A stretch of DNA of 64,000 nt from Octopus sinensis (GCF_006345805.1 NC_043002.1:37386001-37450000); one strand, 5' to 3'. Shown: positions 50,430 through 63,850, numbered from the stretch's first letter. The notes: generated by a model from the letters alone, not told the origin. Translations and numbers: made by a program.

Positions 50430-50930
50430 GTAAAGGTAATGAAATTTTGAATGGATATATCTGATTTCTGTGGTAAAATGTTTAAAATGGTAAGCCAAAT
50501 ATATTCTTTGTATCTTTTAAATGGCAAGAAATAGAGAGCTGTTTAACTGGTTCTCAATCTGATATATTATCTAGTTAAAGAAAAAAGGTGGCAACTGTTA
50601 AGCAATGCTCTGGTTTTTGCTGTCTTATAAATTAAATACCCTGTCCATTGGGCGATAAGTAATTGCTGTAATAATTGAATAGGCTGGTAACGAATAATGT
50701 ATGGCATTTAATGCAAGTTTACACGCAAACATACATTGACATTAACTTATATATGTACATTCAAACACGCACACATGCTCGCAGTCAAAACTAACAATTC
50801 TGCATACTTTTCTGTTGTCATTAATTTATTCTTATTAATGTGAATGAATCAATATGTCACCTCCCCTTTTTCTTCATGTAGACACACATACAGATACAGA
50901 CATAGACACAAACCATTTTTGGTTCCTTAC

Positions 50931-50962
<32 letters not shown>

Positions 50963-51377
50963 TATATCTGTGTCTATATTTCTTATTTCTCTGTATATTT
51001 ACTTTAACAGGAGTATACATGCATACATGCATACACACACGTACACAAACACACATACATACATACATATGTATGTATGTAATTTCTTTTCCTTTTGCCA
51101 AATGCAACCTATAAACTGGATTCTTTAAATAATATTCTTCAGCTCTTGAAGAGCCACAGGCAAAATTATGTATATTGTGTCAAAGCAACAATTATGGATA
51201 AAATGTATGTATATATGTATGTGTGTTTGTGTATGTGTGTGCATGTACGTATGCATATGTAGTAAGCTTTATGAGGAAAAGATTGAAAGTGACTTCAAAG
51301 ACTCAGCTTGCTCATCCTCATCAAACTTTGAAGTCACTAAGAAAACTTCCCTCATAGAATATATATAGCCATTTGAA

Positions 51378-52040
<663 letters not shown>

Positions 52041-52134
52041 GTATGTGTGTTGAAAAACAGTAAAAAGCTTCCAGCCATGTTTTATAAACAAAAAAAATGG
52101 ATGAAAATGCACAATAAAGTTAAAAAAGTTATCT

Positions 52135-52555
52135 TTCACTTATTTCAGTCATTAGACTGCGGCCATACTGGGGCACTTTTCTGGAGAAGTTCTAGTTGAA
52201 TGAGTCAGCCCTGGTACTATTTTTTCTTAAGCCTAGTTCTTATTCTATTGGTCTTTTATTGAGATGCTAAGTTACAGGGACATAAAGAATACCAGCATCA
52301 CATGTTAAACAGTTGTGGAGTACGTACGTAGACATAAGCTCACACACACACACACATATATATATGTATGTATCATGCTTCTTTCTGTCTATCAAATTCA
52401 CTCACAAGGCATTGGTTGGCCTGGGACTGTTGTAGAAGACACTTGCCCAAGGTGTCACACAGGTGAAGGTGTCACACAGTGGGACTGAACCCAGAACCAT
52501 GTAGTTGTGAAGCAAGTTTCTTACCACACAGCCATACCTGCACCAATTGTCGTAT
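52135..52555 (-). mobile_element. SINE family B, older subfamily
   Basis: Reverse complement of the full bipartite structure. Confidence 0.8.
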
Positions 52556-52904
52556 TCTTTTTAGAAAGATTACAAGACAAAAACAGATATATAAATCATT
52601 TTAGATATATAAATATTTATAATGTAAACATTGAGACATATAAATCTTTTTACTTTACATTCCACCCAGTGTGATTGACAGCAGATACAGTATCAATGAT
52701 ATACAAAAGTAATCCTTCTGTTTTTTGGTACACTCTTCTTCCATTTGTTAAGCAATTTCTTTGTATTTGTTTCCATTAGTTTCACCTCTCAGTCTTAGAA
52801 ATTGTATTTCCATATTCATTTAGTTTGCTCCTGTAGTTTTCTTTGTTGTTCTGGCTTTTCAGTCATGGTTTCTATATTTTTAATTTACAGGATGGAAAAA
52901 ATGG

Positions 52905-53090
52905 TGAGCTGGCAGAATTGTTAGCACACCAGGTGAAATGCTTAGTTAGCACGCTGGGCGAAATGCTTAGTGGTATTTCGTCTGCTGTTACGTTGTGAGC
53001 TCAAATTCTACCGAGGTTGACTTTGCCTTTCATCCTTTCGGGGTCAATAAATTAAGTACCAGTTACGCACTGGGGTCAATGTAATCGACT
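52905..53090 (+). mobile_element. SINE family C with a duplicated 25-bp head segment
   Basis: TTAGCAC...AAATGCTTAG at 52921-45 and 52946-70. Confidence 0.85.
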
Positions 53091-54095
53091 TTGTATACAT
53101 GAAGATGTTTTTGTTTTGTGTCTGAATGTATGTATATATAACTCCTTTCATAAGTATATATTTATGGGCATATTAAAGTTTATATAGTAATAGTCTATCA
53201 TAGGGATAGCAGTGTAAAGGGATGGCAAGAACTAGTTGCTGAAGAAAAAATTCCAGATCAGAGAAAACAGCAACTGTTGACTTACTCTGTCCTTATCCAT
53301 TTAATTTGTTTAAGAAGACTTTCAGTTCCTATATATATAGGGAGAGTTTACGAAAAAAAACAAAAGATGAAGACAGGTGGTGTACAAAACAAACAGATGT
53401 ATTAGTATAACGCTCAGGAATAGGAAAAGTCTTTTATGTTTCGAGCCTGCGCTCTTCTACAGAAAGGGACACAGAAAAACAAGGAAAGAAAAAATGTGTG
53501 TAGTGGCTAACGATCTATCATGGCGAATAAATATATATATATATACATATATAGTTAGATACATACATACATACATAGGTTGATAAATAGAGAGAGAGAG
53601 AGAGAGAGAGATGAGTAGATAGAGATACATACATGCACATATATTCATGTGTGTGTGTGTGTGTAGGTTGTTTTCTGTTATTTTTTTTATTCTTAAATTG
53701 GTGTCAGTCAGAGGCAGTGGTTATGCTGGGCACTCCCATATGCATATATATATATATATATGTGCACACACAGCATTTCTGGTAGTGAAAGTAACTTCTC
53801 ATCATGATTATATCAAGCGTTTTTTTAAAATGCTGCTTGAATTTGGATTACTCTCTCTACAGTCAGAATCAAAAGCTTCTTCATAATTGATCAGTCATGT
53901 ATGGAGCTGATACAGACACATAAATAGCTTTATAGACTAGCAATCCTTTGTTCTACTTATCAGTTGCAATGAAAGCAAAGACAGATTGACAAATGTACTT
54001 ATAATGGAATAAATACATTTGTGTGCACGTGTGTGTGCATGTGTGTGTGTATACACACATGTATATACATACACACACACACACATATATGTATA

Positions 54096-54415
54096 TCATC
54101 ATCATCATCATCATCATTTAGCGTCCGTTTTCCATGCTAGCATGGGTTGGACGGTTCTACTGGGGTCTGTGAAGCCAGAAGGCTTCATCAGGCCCAGTCA
54201 AATCTGGCAGTGTTTCTACGGCTGGATGCCCTTCCTAACGCCAACCACTCCGTGAGTGTAGTGGGTGCTTTTTACGTGCCACCCGCACTGGTGCCAGACA
54301 GAGCTGGCAAACGGCCACGAACGGATGGTGCTTTTTATGTGCCACCGGCACGAGGGCCAGGCGAGGCTGGCAACGGACACGAAACGGGGCGGTGCTGGCA
54401 ACAGTCGCGAAACGG
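54096..54415 (-). mobile_element. Young SINE family D with a GC-rich tandem 5' array
   Basis: CpG-rich. GGTGCTTTTTA(C/T)GTGCCACC and CTGGCAAC units are repeated. Confidence 0.85.
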
Positions 54416-54425
54416 AAAGTTCTCT

Positions 54426-54473
<48 letters not shown>

Positions 54474-54989
54474 GCATATATGCATTATATATATCTTACA
54501 TACATGCATAGAGACATATATACATATATACTTACATACATAGATGCACACACACACACACATGTATGTATGTATGTATGTATGTATGTATGCACATATT
54601 GGTATATTTTGAGAAATAAAAGGTTATCTGTTTCAGTGTCATGAAACTGATAACCAAACTACAATTTCTTTGATGATAATAAAGCATTGATTATTACTAT
54701 GTATTTTTGGTGATGGCCTTTCAGCAGTGTCCATGTTATGTTTTTCCCTCTTATCGATTTCTAATACTGGTGTGGCACAAGCCTACAAACATAGGGAGAA
54801 AGGTCTGGAGTCGATAAAATAGACATTGGTACTTTGACCTCTGTTTTGAAGATGATAGGCAAATTTAACCCTCAATAGAACTGGTAATGTACTCAAATTG
54901 CAAAGGACTGTGACTGATTGCTGCAAAGCATTTTGCCTGTTACTTTAATGTTTTAGCCAATCAATTCAGCCCTCTTATAACTGCATTAA

Positions 54990-55208
54990 CCCTTTAGCTT
55001 TTAAATCTGTCATATCCGGCCAAAATATTCTGCCTGTTTTATGTTCAAACTGGCCAGATCTGGCTTCTCACATCAATTCTAAAATATTCTAAAAATTAAC
55101 GGTTACCTCATTAAAATCTCTTAGCTACAAGATAATTCATGATTAATTTAAAACAATGTGAATAAAAAAAAGCATTACATTTGATAGAATAATGTGAATG
55201 TTAAAGGA
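54990..55208. mobile_element. piggyBac-like MITE (opposite orientation to 7916)
   Basis: TTAA|CCCTTTAGC start. The reverse complement aligns to 7916-8135; the right end is decayed. Confidence 0.75.
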
Positions 55209-55389
55209 TTTATATTGGTTTCAAACTTTTGCACAAAGCCAGCAATTTCTGGGGGTGGGTAAAGCTGATTGCATTGACTCCCTGCGTTCAACTGGTACTT
55301 ATTTTATATATCCCAGAGAAATGAATGACAAAGTACACATTGGCAGAATTTGAACTCAGAAGTAAAGGTATATGAAACAGCCTTTCTCA

Positions 55390-55950
55390 TATCAGTTATG
55401 AATGTTGAACCATGTAGCTTTTGGTTTCCCTCTCTTTCTCTTTCTCTCTGATGGTGTCCAGTTAGAAGCTATTTTAAAATGTGTTGATCTGGTAGCTGGA
55501 GTATGTGAGGTGATTAATTTAATCTTTGTTCTGAGATTATTTGACTAAGTGGTCTTCTATTGGTTGTCATTAGAATGTCATGTCTTCCTTGGTTACTTGT
55601 TCTTGTCAGAACATTCTCAGAATCCTTCTCAAGCATCTTTTATAGATCACATTCAGCTTTCCATTGATTTTCATGATGTTTTCCTGTGTCTCACTGACAC
55701 AGAGAATTGGTGATAAATCTATGTTATTATTGAGCTGGGTCCTTGTGTGTAAGCCGATGGTGTTGGATGGGTCAGTAAATAAAATACTGTCAAATGTGTT
55801 TGGTTGGTTGTTAGAGTAACTATATTGCTGGACTGGGTGATAATTTGCCGTATTTATTCTAGTTCTTTGTATTCTGAGCTCAGCTTCTGTTGTGGCCAAC
55901 TGGAGTGTTAAAGTAAAGTAGACTTAATTTCCTCACTTGGTTTAACACTA
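55390..55950 (-). mobile_element. Decayed RTE-clade LINE fragment (RT C-terminal region)
   Basis: Minus strand YKRCLRRILRM and WTPSERKRKRGKPKATW, matching the RTE CLRRIL-x-I-x-W and W-x-P-x-GKR-x-RGRPK-x-TW motifs. Confidence 0.8.
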
Positions 55951-56511
55951 CCATTTGATGCTTGGGTACTATTAGTGTAGCTCACTTTAATGGAAGGACT
56001 TGTGCCAAGCCAACAGTTTGAAGATATTTCCTGCCTTCCTACCAGTTTTTAAAGCCCTTTACAGAAACTGCAGCCTTAGTCTCTGTAAAGATTCATGGGA
56101 CCTACCCTTCTATCTAATTAAGTAATAAAAAAAATGAACAACTTTATTGTCCAAGTTCATACCATTAGCCTAGTTTGATTATTTCCTTTAACTCATTTTA
56201 TTTACAGTTCTACATCTAAGCAAGAAACAGAAAGAGATAGACTGGCAGAGATTAATACTAGTATTAAATATTAAATAATTATTGTTAATTTTAGAAAATG
56301 AAAATATTCATTCTAAGAACTATTTCTTAAAAATACCCTGAATAAGTAATTTCTTCTTTCTTTCTTTTTCTTTTCTTTCTTTTTATTTATTCATTTATTT
56401 GGTGGGGAAGAACATGCAGATTTATTCATTGACAGAATCTTTGGGCAGAATTAATCTTTGGGTGAATATATGTTATGGAATATTTTCTAGGCTACAATTC
56501 TATACACCAGG

Positions 56512-56550
<39 letters not shown>

Positions 56551-56930
56551 TACATATTAAGTTTAATAAATATACAAAAAAGAAGTAACTAAATAGAGAT
56601 ATAAAATATAGAAGAAAACTATATGTCTTATGTAAGAATTTGAAGGAAACTTTTTTTCATTGTTCAAGTTCTTATCAGATAAATCTTTGTATAAAAGATT
56701 ATTCTTGCAGTAGAATAGAAAGAGGGTTTTAGCTTTCTTTTTTTGTTCATTGTATTCAACGATATTTTTATCTTCATTCATGTTGCAGTGGTTTCATATG
56801 GATGATACATCATGCTTCACTTATATTGACTCATCTCATATTCATATGTCGTTTAATCAAATTCTAATAAAACAACAACAATAACAACAGTGTGTTTTGA
56901 TTTCCTTGTATTGGTACCTTCTTACCAAAG

Positions 56931-57012
56931 GAGAATAGGAGAATTATTCAGATTTTCACACAAGGACTTAATCATCACCGTGAATTCTAGATTTCAACAC
57001 GAAATATCATAA
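56931..57012 (+). CDS. Candidate (terminal?) exon, phase 2 (RIGELFRFSHKDLIITVNSRFQHEIS*)
   Basis: Acceptor ccttcttaccaaag, completes TG+G = Trp after 50429. Alternative donor ACC|gtgaat at 56979; AATAAA at 57033. Confidence 0.45.
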
Positions 57013-57493
57013 TTAATAATAATAATAGTGATAATAAATATTTGTTGCATTGACACAACACAATGTAACAAATTTGTAAGGAATTGGTATCATCATCATC
57101 AGCATTATCATCATCGCCATCATCATCATCATCATTTTAACATCTGCTTTTCTATGTCGGCATGGGTTAGATGAAGCTTACAGGGGTAAGTTTTCTCAGG
57201 CACAGCTGGATGTTCTTCCTATCGCCAACACTCAGCTGTCTCCTAGTAAAGAAAGACCCTTCTTCCCCTCTAGTGCCTAGATCTATCGAACAATGAGCCA
57301 CTTAATTGCCAGGCATGTTTACTTGGTAGATAGTAAACCAAGGCTTATTGATAATGGTATTGTAACTAAGTAATGTGTGAACAACATCTAGACAATGGGA
57401 AGACAGAAACATGCCAACATTCACACACACACACTCACACACACACACATTTTATTAAACTCCCTTAAAAAATAAATGAAGAATACATATATA

Positions 57494-58110
57494 TTGGGTC
57501 GTCCTATAAATAATAGGGTTTTTTCAATTGCATGAACTAAAAGTCAGAAGGGACGAGATAAACTACCTGCATCAACTTGCTATAAAAGCAGGTAGTAATT
57601 TTAGCTTGTACTTATTCTTAGGACAAGTTTTGGAAAGTGCAGATCAATTTTAACAGTTATTTTTCAAAGCTATAATGGAAGTGACAAAGGAGCATATTCG
57701 GTATATTTTGCTTTATAAATTCAATAAAGGCAACTAGGCAATGGAAAGTGTGAGGAATATTAATGCAGTATAAGGGTATCAGACAATAAGAATAAGCCAG
57801 TGTCAACGTGGTTCCAGAAACTGAAAGCTGGAAGCTACAGCCTAGAAGATGAGCCTTGTCCTAGAAGAGCTGTAGAGCTTGAGGATGTCCTGCAAAAACT
57901 AGTGGAACGAAATCCCATTGTAACTGTTGAGGAACTAGCAGAGGAGCTTGGATTTGGTCATTCAAACATTCATTGACACCTGCGTGCTGCCAAGAAACTC
58001 AGCAAATTGAGTCAGTTGGTTCCTGACAAACTTTCTGAGCCTAATCATGTGCAGTGAGTGAATATGTGCTCTTCTTTGCTGTCAAATCTCACGAATGAAC
58101 CTTTTTGGGA
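57494..58110 (+). mobile_element. 5' half of a mariner-family transposon (decayed transposase from ATG 57675)
   Basis: TA|TTGGGTCGTCC TIR. Translation MEVTKEHIRYILLYKFNKG...WFQKLKAG-YSLEDEP...VTVEELAEELGFGHS...LVPDKL (WVPHEL-like) with stops and frameshifts. Truncated by a SINE B 3' module at 58110-58350. Confidence 0.9.
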
Positions 58111-58369
58111 CTTTCATTTGCCATATATATGTATATATATGTGTGTGTGTGTGTGTGTATATATATATGTATGTATGTATTTGTGTGTCTGTGTTTGTCT
58201 CCACACCATCGCTTGAAAATTGATGTTGGTGTGTTTACATCCCTGAAACTTAGTACTTCGGTAAAAGAGACCAATAGAATAAGTACTGAGGTTGATTTGC
58301 TTGGCTAAAGGTGGTGCTCCAGCATGACCAAAGTCAAATGATTGAAACAAAAAAAAGATTAAAAGAATG

Positions 58370-58439
<70 letters not shown>

Positions 58440-58836
58440 AGTGTGTGTTTATTTACATTTGTTTGTATGTACCTGTGCATATACATATGTCTGAACTAAA
58501 GTTACCAATAACAAGTATGTATGTGGTCTTGTGTCTACATGTGTTGAATAAAAGTTATCAAGTAAATACCTATATTTGCAAGCATATGTGTATTTGTCTG
58601 TAAATGTACATGAGTTAGTACTATTAAATAGACAAGTCTCTTTATGATGACAGCTGGATATCAGACATGCAGTACGTGTGTGTATGTGGGTGGGGAGCAG
58701 ATGTGTGGGCAGGTAAGACATGTATATTTCACTTGCAAAATATTAATTTCTGTCATATTGAGAAGTTTAATAAATAGCTGTGTGGGCATGAGTTCATGGG
58801 TGTGTGAATGAATTTGTGTCTGTGTGAGTATCAATG

Positions 58837-58886
<50 letters not shown>

Positions 58887-58936
58887 TGTGTGTGTGTATG
58901 TGCCTGTGTGTATATATATGAATATATATATTTTTA

Positions 58937-59257
58937 AAGACTCCGCCGGTTACGACGACGAGGGTCCCAGCTGATACGATCAACGGAACAGCTTGCTCGT
59001 GAAATTAACGTGCAAATGGCTGAGCATTCCACAGACACGTGTACCCTTAACGTAGTTCTCAGGGATAATCAGCGTGACACAGAGAGTGACAAGGCTGACC
59101 CTTTGAAATACAAGTACAACTCATTTTTGCCAGCTGAGTGGACTGGAGCAACGTGAAATAAAGTGTCTTGCTCAAGGATACAACGCGTCGCCGGGAATCG
59201 AACTCACAACCTTACGATCATGAGCCGAATGCCCTAACCACTAAGCCACGCGCCCTC
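58937..59257 (-). mobile_element. Young SINE family A, tail type ii, copy 1
   Basis: Head GAGGGCGCGTGGCTTAGTGGTTAGG...GTTCGATTCCCGG, CpG-rich. Confidence 0.9.
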
Positions 59258-59405
59258 AAATATATATATACATGAGTATGTATATGTATTTGCATATATA
59301 TGTATGTATGTGCATATATATATATGTATGTATGTGCATATATATATATGTATATATGCATATATTTATATGTATGTATGTGCATATATATATATGTATA
59401 TATGC

Positions 59406-59463
<58 letters not shown>

Positions 59464-59502
59464 ATGTGCCTGTGTGTATATATATGAATATATATATTTT
59501 TA

Positions 59503-59823
59503 AAGACTCCGCCGGTTACGACGACGAGGGTCCCAGCTGATACGATCAACGGAACAGCTTGCTCGTGAAATTAACGTGCAAATGGCTGAGCATTCCACAG
59601 ACACGTGTACCCTTAACGTAGTTCTCAGGGATAATCAGCGTGACACAGAGAGTGACAAGGCTGACCCTTTGAAATACAAGTACAACTCATTTTTGCCAGC
59701 TGAGTGGACTGGAGCAACGTGAAATAAAGTGTCTTGCTCAAGGATACAACGCGTCGCCGGGAATCGAACTCACAACCTTACGATCATGAGCCGAATGCCC
59801 TAACCACTAAGCCACGCGCCCTC
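59503..59823 (-). mobile_element. Young SINE family A, tail type ii, copy 2
   Basis: No differences from copy 1 seen by eye; offset 566 bp. Confidence 0.9.
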
Positions 59824-61119
59824 AAATATATATATACATGAGTATGTATATGTATTTGCATATATATGTATGTATGTGCATATATATATATGTATGTATG
59901 TGCATATATATATATGTATATATGCATATATTTATATGTATGTATGTGCATATATATATATGTATATATGCATAAATATATATATATATATATATACACA
60001 CATCTATATTTATATAAATGTTTATATGTATATGCATACATGTGTATGCATGTGTATACATATATATGTATGTGTGTGTATACTTACATATAAATATATG
60101 TATGTTAATATATATATTGTATTTGTATATATATGTGTGTGTGAGTGTGTATGTATGTATATATATATATATGTATGTTTGTATGTCAATGGTATGTCTA
60201 AGATTATGCATATATAGATTTTTGAGTTTATGAATTTAAAAGTGCATATGAGCTTGCATGTGTGTGCATGTATGTGTGTGTGTGTGTTCGTGTGTGCATG
60301 CATGTAGTTATCAATTTATGACTGTATGCATGCACATGTATTAATTGTGCGTACAAATGTTGAATTCAAATGCATGTGTGTATGTGAGTTTGTACATGGA
60401 TATATGTGTGTCTCAGAAGAAGTTTACATCTGTGTATGTGCAAGCTAGGAGTAAGATTATGTCTATGCTTATGTGTTCAAGTATATATGATTGCATAAGA
60501 ATTAGCAATTTTCTGTAAGTGAAGTTAAGAAATCTGAAAAAAAATATATTAAATCACTAACAATTTTAGAATATTTTTTAAGCAGACTGTAGCTTTTAAT
60601 TTATAAAAAGCTATTTTGCTGTTATTTCTAGTTTTTATCAATTTATTGTATTTATCATTATTATTATTATGATTATTATTATTGTTTATATTATTATTAT
60701 TATTATCTATATTATTATTATTATTATCATCATCATTATTTTTATTATTATTATTATTAATTTTTTGGGGTTGGTTTCTCTATTTTTTTGTATGAAGATT
60801 GTCATTTAACTGTTCATCTAGATATCATATTTGCTTTGATTAAAGATTCATTTACTTGTATTTTTTATATTTCTTTGTTTGCACATTTGTTTCTTTACTT
60901 TAGCTTACTGTTATGGTCACGGCTAATTTCAGTATTATTTCATTTTACAATTAACTGCTTAGAAATGCTATTAATTAGCTTCAAAGAATGAGTGAGAGCA
61001 CAACTGTGTGTTAAGCATATAGCTTCATCACAATCACATGGATCCAAGTTTGATATATAGATAGGCAGCATGGTGTATTTCTTCAACCATTACTTTAAAT
61101 TGACTAAAATCTTATTTTT

Positions 61120-61342
61120 TTATTGCCCATAAGGAGCTAAACATAGAGGGAACAAACAAGAATAGACAAATGGATTAAGTCGATTACATCGACCTCAGTG
61201 TGTAACTGGTACTTAATTTATTGACCTCGAATGGATGAAAGGCAAAGTCGGCCTCAGCAGAATTTGAACTCAGAACTTAAAGACAGACGAAATACCGCTA
61301 AGCATTTTGTCCAGCGTGCTAATGTTTCTGCCAGCTCGCCAA
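61120..61342 (-). mobile_element. SINE family C (tail type shared with 22492)
   Basis: Reverse complement of the family C core; tail TTTATTGCCCATAAGGAGCTAAACATAGAGGG. Confidence 0.8.
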
Positions 61343-61723
61343 CTTTTGGACTAAAATTGACTAAAATCTTGACAATAAAATTTGATAGAAGGAAACTGCA
61401 CAGAAGCTCATATAATATGTACACACACACAGACACACACACACATACATGCATGCATACATACATACATACATACAAAAATACCCTGTTGATTTTGAAA
61501 TTCTAATGAATAGCCTTGGATCTAGGTTAGAAACCAGCTCTTTCTCTATTGGCAAGAAATCTTGAAATAAAACTGAATGATGACATATATTCATACTTGG
61601 CCAAAACTTCAAAGTCACTGTCAATGCTATTCTTGTTAAAGAATAATGAATTTTTAATCTGTAAAAGTATGGAATAATCCTTCAGATTAATATAAAATTA
61701 TTTATATTGTAACTGAATGTAAG

Positions 61724-61940
61724 CAGGCGGCTAGCTGGCTGAATCATTAGCATGCTGGACAAAATGCTTGGTGGTAATTTGCCTGTCACTATTTTCTGAG
61801 TTCAAATTCTGCCAAGGTTGACTTTGCCTTTCATTCTCTCAGGTCAATAAATTAAATACCAGTGAAACACTGGGGTTGATGTAATTGACTAGTCCCCTTC
61901 CTCAAAATTTCAGGCCTTGTACCTTTAGTAGAAAGTATTA
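61724..61940 (+). mobile_element. SINE family C
   Basis: AGGCGGCTAGCTGGC head and family C core. Confidence 0.85.
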
Positions 61941-62177
61941 TAACTGAACACAAGCAGGTGCACACAAACTCCTCCCCACTACATGTCTGTGTGTATACAT
62001 GTGTGTGTATTATAAGGCAAAAATACAAATATAAACTATACTAGATTCTATGTGTAGTGCAACATGTTAATCAAGTTTTGATACCAGTTATAGTCTGGGG
62101 AGAGTCATTTTCTTTTTGTGCCTTATCATTTAACACACTCACCGGTAAAATTTCCACTTATTTCTTATTTTTATTTT

Positions 62178-62215
62178 CCTAAAATTTTCGTTGCCTCTTG
62201 CAACCTTTTCAATAG
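62178..62215 (-). ncRNA. Minimal hammerhead-ribozyme-like motif (U3-A8 variant) at the end of a probable PLE-derived repeat (~62010-62220)
   Basis: CTA-TTGAAAA-G-GTTGC-aagag-GCAAC-GAAA-ATTT-TAG: helix I CTA/TAG, perfect 5-bp stem II, GAAA, palindromic AATT stem III and a UUU triplet. Confidence 0.55.
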
Positions 62216-62939
62216 TCTTGACTGTGTCAGTTATATACACTGCATTCCTTTTTTTTTGTTTGTGCACATGTGTGTGGGTCAGTGTGTGTGTGTGTGTGTG
62301 TGTGCCTATGCATGTACATATGTATGTATGTGTGTGTGTATGTATGTATGTATGTATGTGTGTGTATGTATATATGTGAGTATATCCATATGTATATATG
62401 TATGTATGTGTGTGCATCTGTATGTATTCTGCATATTCATGTGCTTGCACATCTGTGTGTGTATTTTCTATGTATGTGTGTCTTTGAGCGTGTGTTTGTA
62501 TATATATGCACCTCTGTCTCCTTGTGTGTACATGTGTGTGTGTGTTTTGCAACTATGTATCATGTTTGAATGTATGGATATGCATCTCTATATGTGTGGA
62601 CCCGTGTCACACATATAGAGATTCAACAAATTGCTTTATGGAAAAGCACAAATGTCAAAAAATTTAAAATATCTTCCTAAAATTTAAAGTCGTTCATGAA
62701 TGTAAAAGATCCTTATTCAACATGTAGTCATTATTTCATAAGTCATGAAGCATTCATGACATCAGTCATTTTTCTAATCAATATCTGTTCTTTGACACAT
62801 TAAAAATGCATGCCATGATCCACACCTGAATTAGGTCATTAATGAGAAATATCCTGAGGAATCAGTGCAAGACTTCAGAAATTAAGTGAAGAAAAAAACT
62901 TGAAGGGTGATAACCATTAAAATTTATTGATTTCTAACA

Positions 62940-63366
62940 TAGGCACAAGTTACAAATTGTGAGGAAGTGCAAAATTGATTAAATCAACCCCAGTGCATGA
63001 TGGGTACTTGATTTAATCAATTATAGAATGTTTTTAGAAGTTGACCTTGGTTGAATTTGAACCTAGAACATTAAGACTGTAACTGTATACTGCAGGGTAT
63101 ATTTTCCAATACTCTAATGATTCTGATAGTTCATAACTGTTTGAATATCGGTTTCTTAGTTTGACACAAGGCCAGCAATTTCGGGGGAGGCATTAAATTG
63201 CTTGTCTTGATCTCAGTATTCAACTGGTACTTATTTTATAGACCCAACAAAAGGATGAAAGACAAAAATCAACCTTGGTAGAATTTGAACTCAGAATGTC
63301 AAGATGGACAAAATTCCGCTAAGCATTTTTGCCCAATGTGTTAACAATTCTGCCAACTTGCCACCT
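62940..63366 (-). mobile_element. Two tandem SINE family C copies
   Basis: Reverse complement of the family C core at about 62940-63100 (decayed) and 63147-63366. Confidence 0.75.
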
Positions 63367-63702
63367 TATCCTTAGAATAAATATTAATAATAAAAGTTAG
63401 AAAATATTAAAATATGACCAAAATACATTTAGAAATAACTTCACAGGCAATTTAAATTTCAGAGATTAAATTTTTCATTAGAAAACTGTTTTTAGAGACT
63501 TTAATAATCAGAAGATGCTAAGCAGTGGCAGGAGCACTCATGGTCCTTGTAGACCCTAAGCATAGTAGATTAGAGCAATTATGATTAAGTTTCAACTCCT
63601 ATTGGGAGAATTCATTGATTGATAATCCTTTGTTTGCTAAAGCAGAATCGATGGAGCAACAAGGAAATAACCTTACATTGCCTGTTTGGGCTCTCTGAAG
63701 TC

Positions 63703-63850
63703 ATCATCATTTTAACATCTACTTTTTCTTTGCTTGCATGGAATGGGGTGAACTTAGTGAGGCTGATTTTTAACAACTGGATGCTCTTCCTGTTGCTAAC
63801 CCTTACCTGTTTGCTAGCAAAGTAATATTTCACTATGGTCAGACATATTT
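63703..63850 (-). mobile_element. SINE D-related variant (CTAACCCTTACCTGTTT form)
   Basis: Related copies at about 6770-6900, 17690-17900, 35060-35240 and 57100-57245. Confidence 0.65.

Noticed and set aside
51143-51204. Alternative + exon LLKSHRQNYVYCVKATIMDK with good signals
   Set aside because: Needs phase 0, which conflicts with the better donor at 50429. Would fit only the weaker TTG|gtatat donor.
54255-54415. Repeat-spacer pattern as a CRISPR-like array
   Set aside because: Eukaryotic SINE-internal VNTR with related spacers, and no cas genes.
59185-59257. tRNA-like sequence (also at 9660-9733, 26735-26810 and 59750-59823)
   Set aside because: These are SINE heads continuous with SINE bodies, with no proper acceptor stem closure, so not tRNA genes.
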